A stretch of 64,000 bases of DNA from assembly GCF_009914755.1 (NCBI RefSeq), contig NC_060926.1; one strand, given 5' to 3'. How positions within the stretch are numbered: the stretch's first letter is position 1; the number at the start of each line of letters is the position of its first letter. The DNA is from the human T2T-CHM13v2.0 reference genome, Homo sapiens. Position numbers and translations under genes: made by a program. Shown here piece after piece: positions 59,265 through 64,000 of this stretch. Under the pieces are notes generated by a model that made no database searches, was not told the DNA's origin, and worked only from the letters and a program-made list of their open reading frames with translations.

Positions 59265-59440
59265 TGTGCCAAACTGTGTGGCCTCTGCCAGGAATGGTGG
59301 TCTTTGGTGGCTGGCACTTTCATGGGCCAGGTACAAGCACTACAGCCCTCGGTCCCCAGTGTCGCTCACTGCACAGGGGCTCCAGGCAAGGTCTGCCCCC
59401 CCACATCACTCAGAGAGGCAAGGAAATGAGCTGTAGCACT

Positions 59441-59446
59441 TTTATT
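59441..59446 (-). terminator. OBSL1: OBSL1 polyadenylation signal AATAAA
   Basis: TTTATT on the + strand, about 90 nt past the OBSL1 stop. Confidence 0.82.
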
Positions 59447-59533
59447 GTTCCTTGTCTCTCTACCCCTGCCCAGGGTAAGGGCAAACGCCTTCCAAGCTGT
59501 CCAAGGGCACCCGCCTGGCCTGGTTAGGTTCTC

Positions 59534-62500
59534 CTAGTTGCCTGCAGAGGAATGACTCCACATGGGGCTGGGGAGAGAAGGGGGTACCACCTTCCTCTCC
59601 CCTGGCAGAGCCTGGACACCAGTACACAAAGAGCTGGGCCCCCAGGTTCTGCCCTACCCTTTCTGGGCCTTGGTTAGGGCTGTCTTGGCGGCAAGAAGGT
59701 GGGGGTCAGCTAGGGGTGGGGCACAGCGTGGCACCTGAAGGGAATGCTGGGATTTGGGATAGAAGGTGGGATGTCTCTTATGGGGAAGAGGAAAGAAAGA
59801 GGCTTCTGCCGAGGCTGACATGGAACTTGCTGAGATGGGCAGAGGCAAGCTGGGCAGAGGGCAGGAAGGAGGAGGGACAGGCTGGAGGAAGGCAGTGTTG
59901 GTGAAGTGGGGAGGAAAGGAACTGGTAGAAACAGGGCTGTTCAAGAGAGACAAACATGGTCCAGTGGCAGGAGAGAGGAGAAGCCTGGCAAGAAGGGGCG
60001 TAGAAAGGTGGGAACAGCTGACCAGGAGCAGCTGATCTGAGCCAAGCAGTTCCAGGGCTTTCCAGCCCTGGGTGTGCTCTACCCCTCCCCTCCCCCATCC
60101 CCACCTCCTACGTATCCCAGGACCCGTTGCCACCCCAAGTCCTGGAAAGCCTCCCATAGGTGTGGCTTAACCCATCAGCTCCCAGGCGCCCTCACCCTCC
60201 TGCCGCTGCCCAGTTGGCTTTACTCACCCTCTACCAGCAGCCGTGTGTGGGTGCTGTCCTGGCCGGCCTGGCAGCAGTAAGTGCCTTGGTCCTCAGGTCG
60301 AACGTCATGGATGACCAGGCTGTGGGTGGGGCCGTGGCTGCGCATCTCATACTTATCTCCCGGGCACAGCTCGGCCCCCTCCCGCAGCCAGCACACGTGG
60401 CCCCCCGAGCGGGACACAGTCACCTCCAGCACCGCCCGGCGGCCCACCAGAACGGTCTTCTCGCGAGGGGGGTGGCGGCACATCTGGAGAGGCAATGCTG
60501 GGGGTAGGGGGCGGGGGCTTAAGTTAATAGGGACACGCATGGCCCCTAGGAGGAGAGATGCATCTTCTCTCCCTGAAGTCTCCACTCCTGGCCTTAGCCC
60601 TCTATGCCACCAGTCCGTTCCCTTGCACCTCAGACCCAAAGTCTCCTCTTGCCGGGGAAACGCGCTGCCCTCTGTGACCCGGCCCAGGAGAGCCCCTCGG
60701 GGGGAAGGGAAGAGAGAGGCAGCGTTCTTGGGGCCAGCCCCAAGTCCGTCAGTCCCATGGCAGGAGAGACAGGATGTACTCTCTCTGTCGCTCCCACCCC
60801 AGGTGCTTACCCTCCACTTCCAGTAGAGCCAGGGACTGGGCGGGCCCCGCCTGGAAGCGGACTTCACCGGCGTCCTCGGCGCGCAGCTCGCTAAGCACCA
60901 GAATGTGTTTCTTCCCTGGGGGTGAGGGGGTCGCTAGCGAGGCTGGAGCCACCTCTGAGGAGCGTTGGGGACGAAGGTGGGGGCCCAGCAGGCCCCTGGG
61001 TCGGTTCGGACGCCGTTAGTGTATGCTAGGGTGGGCGGAACAGGGATGCGGAGCGGGAAGCCTAGAGGTCCGGGACTAGGGGCTGGGGGCGGGGGAAAGA
61101 ACAGGGACGAGGCTCACAGGGCCGTGGGGCGGGGCCCGTCGGAGCCAGGGGCGGGGCTTGTCCCGGTGGGGCGGGATCTGTTCGAGCCTGGGCGGGGCAG
61201 CGAGGGGCCCGAAAGGGTAACCAGGCGGGCAGACCTTCCTGTCGGATGCGGACGCGGGCTCCGGGTCTCAGCGGGCGGCCTCCGAGCTCCCAGCGCCCCG
61301 TGGTCTCGACCTCCGACACGGTGCACTCGAACGTAGCGCCGTCGCCTTCGCGGGCGCTCACCGACCGCAGCTCGGAGAGTACCGCCACAGTACGCTCTGG
61401 GGCGGAGCCCGGGGCGTGAGCGGGGCGGGGCAGAGGGCAGTTACCGGTCACGCCCCCTCCACGCCCCCTTTCTAGAAGCACGCGCGGTCATCAGGGTCCG
61501 GGGAAGACAGCTCCGCAAGTCTCGCGCCCAAAGCAGTGCCCAGCCTCCACATCACCCCGTACCCACCGCGCACGGTCAGGCGGACCGGTCCGGCGCGGGC
61601 CGTCCCCACCGCGCAGCTGTAGGTCCCGGCGTCCGAGGGGCCGCAGCGTCGCAGCTGGAGAAGGCGGCGCGTGCCGAGGGCCTGGAGCCGGAGCCGCGGG
61701 CTAGGCGTAAGCGCGTTCCCGTCCTAGGGGCGGGAGTTGCAGAGGGTCGGGGCGAGCCCGGCTGGGCACAGGCGACCCCGGCCCTGGCAGGCGGCGCACC
61801 CTTTGTTGATGCCAAGCGGTCTCGAGGCGCGTTTATGCGTGTCTCGTGTTCCCAGGCTGGGGTCGGACTGTCCCCAAGCCTTTGGGGCCGTGCCAGGAGC
61901 CTCTTTGAAAAAGCGTCACCCTTTGGGGACCTTAGGGCCGCCAAGGCACTCGGGAAGCCCAGAGCCAGGTATCGATCACAGGGGACATGGGCACGGATTC
62001 TGGAGTTAGGCAAACCTGGATTCGAATATGGGCTCTACCTGTTGTCTGCCCTTGGGTAGGTAATTTTTCCCACTGAGCATCAGTTTCCTGATAGGTATTA
62101 CAGTGACAAGACCTACCTCCTAGAGTTGTCCTTGGAGTAAGGGATTAAATATAATGCAAATCTTAGCACAGTGCCAGGCACATCCGCTCAAGGAATATTA
62201 GCTGTTTCTGTCTGGGGCATTATTATCGTTGGTGTTACACTGAAGTGGGCTTGGCTGGGGCTGGGATCTGACCTTCTCCCAGGTAACATCAGCCAAAGCT
62301 TGGGAAAGCTCGCACTCGAACGTAGCTGTGTCGCCCTCGGTCACCTCTAGGTCGTGTGGCCCCCGCACGATGGTCACTGGGACCTCTGGGGGTGGGAGAG
62401 GGAGGACAGTGCAGAGGGAGCAGGATGGGGACCCATCTTGCAGGGACAAGGAGGACATACACTTGGGCACAACAGGCAGTAGAGGACACTAGCGAGTGGG

Positions 62501-63439
62501 GTTCGAGCTGGGACAAGTGGTCCAAGAAGGATCTGTCAGTGGTGGGGGTGGGGGGGATGTAGGTGGGCAGGGCCACAGGGCCAATGGGTTAGGAGTGGCC
62601 AACTGGGAGTCACACTTTAAGGTGGTCAGTGGGGGAGAAGCTGGGGGCCAGAGGGCAATGGGGAAACAAGCAGAGATGCCAGTGGAGTGGTCAGTGGGAA
62701 CATCCTGGGACTGGAAGTAAAAATGGGGGACACTCAAGCAGACTTGCTAGTGATGTCGCCCGTAGGCAGTCAGTGGATTCAAGGGACTGGAGTGGTCACG
62801 GGGCCCACACTTAGGCGGGCAGAGGGAGCCACGGCAGACAGTGTAGCCAGTAGGGTCACAGTTAGAGTGGTCAGTGGGGTGGTGTGCAGGCGGGCAGACA
62901 GCAGTGACCACAATGGCAAAGGCATGCTCTTGGTAGCAGAGTCAGTGGTTGGCTGAGCCTTGGGCAGTCAGGGGCCACACCCAGGCAGAGGACTCTGGGG
63001 CCACACAGGGCCTATGAGTCAGGGGGATCACACTCTGGCAGGGATGTCAATGAGGGCCACACTGAGACAGGCATGGTCAGTGGGGGTCACACGAGTTGGG
63101 GGTCAGTATTCATGCCTGGGGTAAGTAGGGCCACACAGGTCAGCAGGCAGGCTGTGGTCCTGGAGGCCACACCTCTCACAATGAGTCTGGCTGCGCAGCG
63201 CAGGGAATCCGCCGTGAAGGAGACACAGCCTGAGTCGGCCAGGCCCAGGCCATTGAGTACCAGTCGGTGACGGTGGCCGTCCGAGTGGATGTGACACTTG
63301 GGTCCTGGATACAGCCGTACTCCACCCCGGGCCCACTCCCCGGTCACACCTTCCTGGGACAGCTCCAGCTGGAAGGTGGCACTGCCCCCCTCACTGATGG
63401 TCACGTCCTCCAGAGGCCGCAGCACCCTCAGCTGCCTCG
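59534..63439 (-). CDS. OBSL1: Obscurin-like cytoskeletal adaptor 1, last seven coding exons (Ig domains); 5'-partial
   Basis: Exons 63439-63173, 62385-62273, 61723-61567, 61396-61235, 60915-60811, 60497-60228 and 59541-59534 splice in frame to tandem Ig I-set domains ending ...THTRLLVEGN*. Confidence 0.95.
61990..62190 (+). mobile_element. MIR SINE fragment
   Basis: cctggattcgaat...gagcatcagtttcctg...aaatcttagcacagtgccaggcaca. Confidence 0.7.
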
Positions 63440-63719
63440 CTGGCCGGGGGAGATGGAGAGAGGGAGGATGAGGCCTCCAGCTCTGGGCAGGGGTTGCAGT
63501 CAATCCTCATCCCTTGGCCCTGCCTACACCCCTGAACACCCAACCTAAGGTCCTGACCAAAAAAGTTCGGAACCAGGGTGCAGGAAGAAAGGAGCACGGT
63601 GGACAGATTTGGCGGGGGGAGGGCTGTATCAGGGTTAGGAGATGAAGGCACAGGAAGGGGGAGAAGTGTGGTTAGGGGGTCGTGGGGTCTGGGTGAGGGG
63701 TGCTGTGACACTTGAAGGA

Positions 63720-63880
63720 GCACGGAATTTGGAGTCAGACACACTAGGAATGGAACCTCGCTCTACCACATAGTTTGTGTGCTATGTGATCTTTGGCAAA
63801 TGGCCTGACCTCTCTGGACCCCAGTTGCCCCAGCTGTACAAGGTGAATAACATTGGGACACAGGTTTATTGTGATGATTT
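63720..63880 (+). mobile_element. MIR SINE fragment
   Basis: tttggagtcagac...tgtgatctttggcaaatggcctgacctctctgg. Confidence 0.65.
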
Positions 63881-64000
63881 CTTGAATGAAATAAGTTAGA
63901 AGAGATGTGTCACCAATGACAACCATTCACCAAGCTCTGTGTAAGAATTTTCATGTTATCTCAGTTAATGTTCCCAGAGACACTTGAGACGGGGATCAAC

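Overview
Human (or very close primate) genomic DNA from the chr2q35 SPEG-OBSL1 gene cluster; GC-rich, with many Alu, MIR and L2 repeats. In order: the last three exons of SPEG (+), SPEGNB (+), GMPPA (+, 420 aa), ASIC4 (+, 539 aa), CHPF (-, 775 aa), TMEM198 (+, 360 aa, head-to-head with CHPF, carrying the MIR3132 hairpin) and the last seven exons of OBSL1 (-). I built exon models by hand from splice sites and reading phase; all close correctly except SPEGNB. Main observations: (1) SPEGNB carries a 1-nt frameshift (extra A near 5613) giving a premature TAA, plus a GC splice donor. (2) SPEGNB's IQ-Ig module looks colinear with obscurin's IQ-Ig segment, so the window may hold three pieces of one obscurin-like ancestor. 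(3) GMPPA intron 7 has a candidate frame-preserving 15-nt neural-type microexon. (4) Six RBFOX motifs precede the 57-nt symmetric ASIC4 exon 5. (5) The MIR3132 hairpin read on the + strand is an exact GT...AG mirtron-like unit. There are no prokaryotic-type systems or CRISPR arrays.
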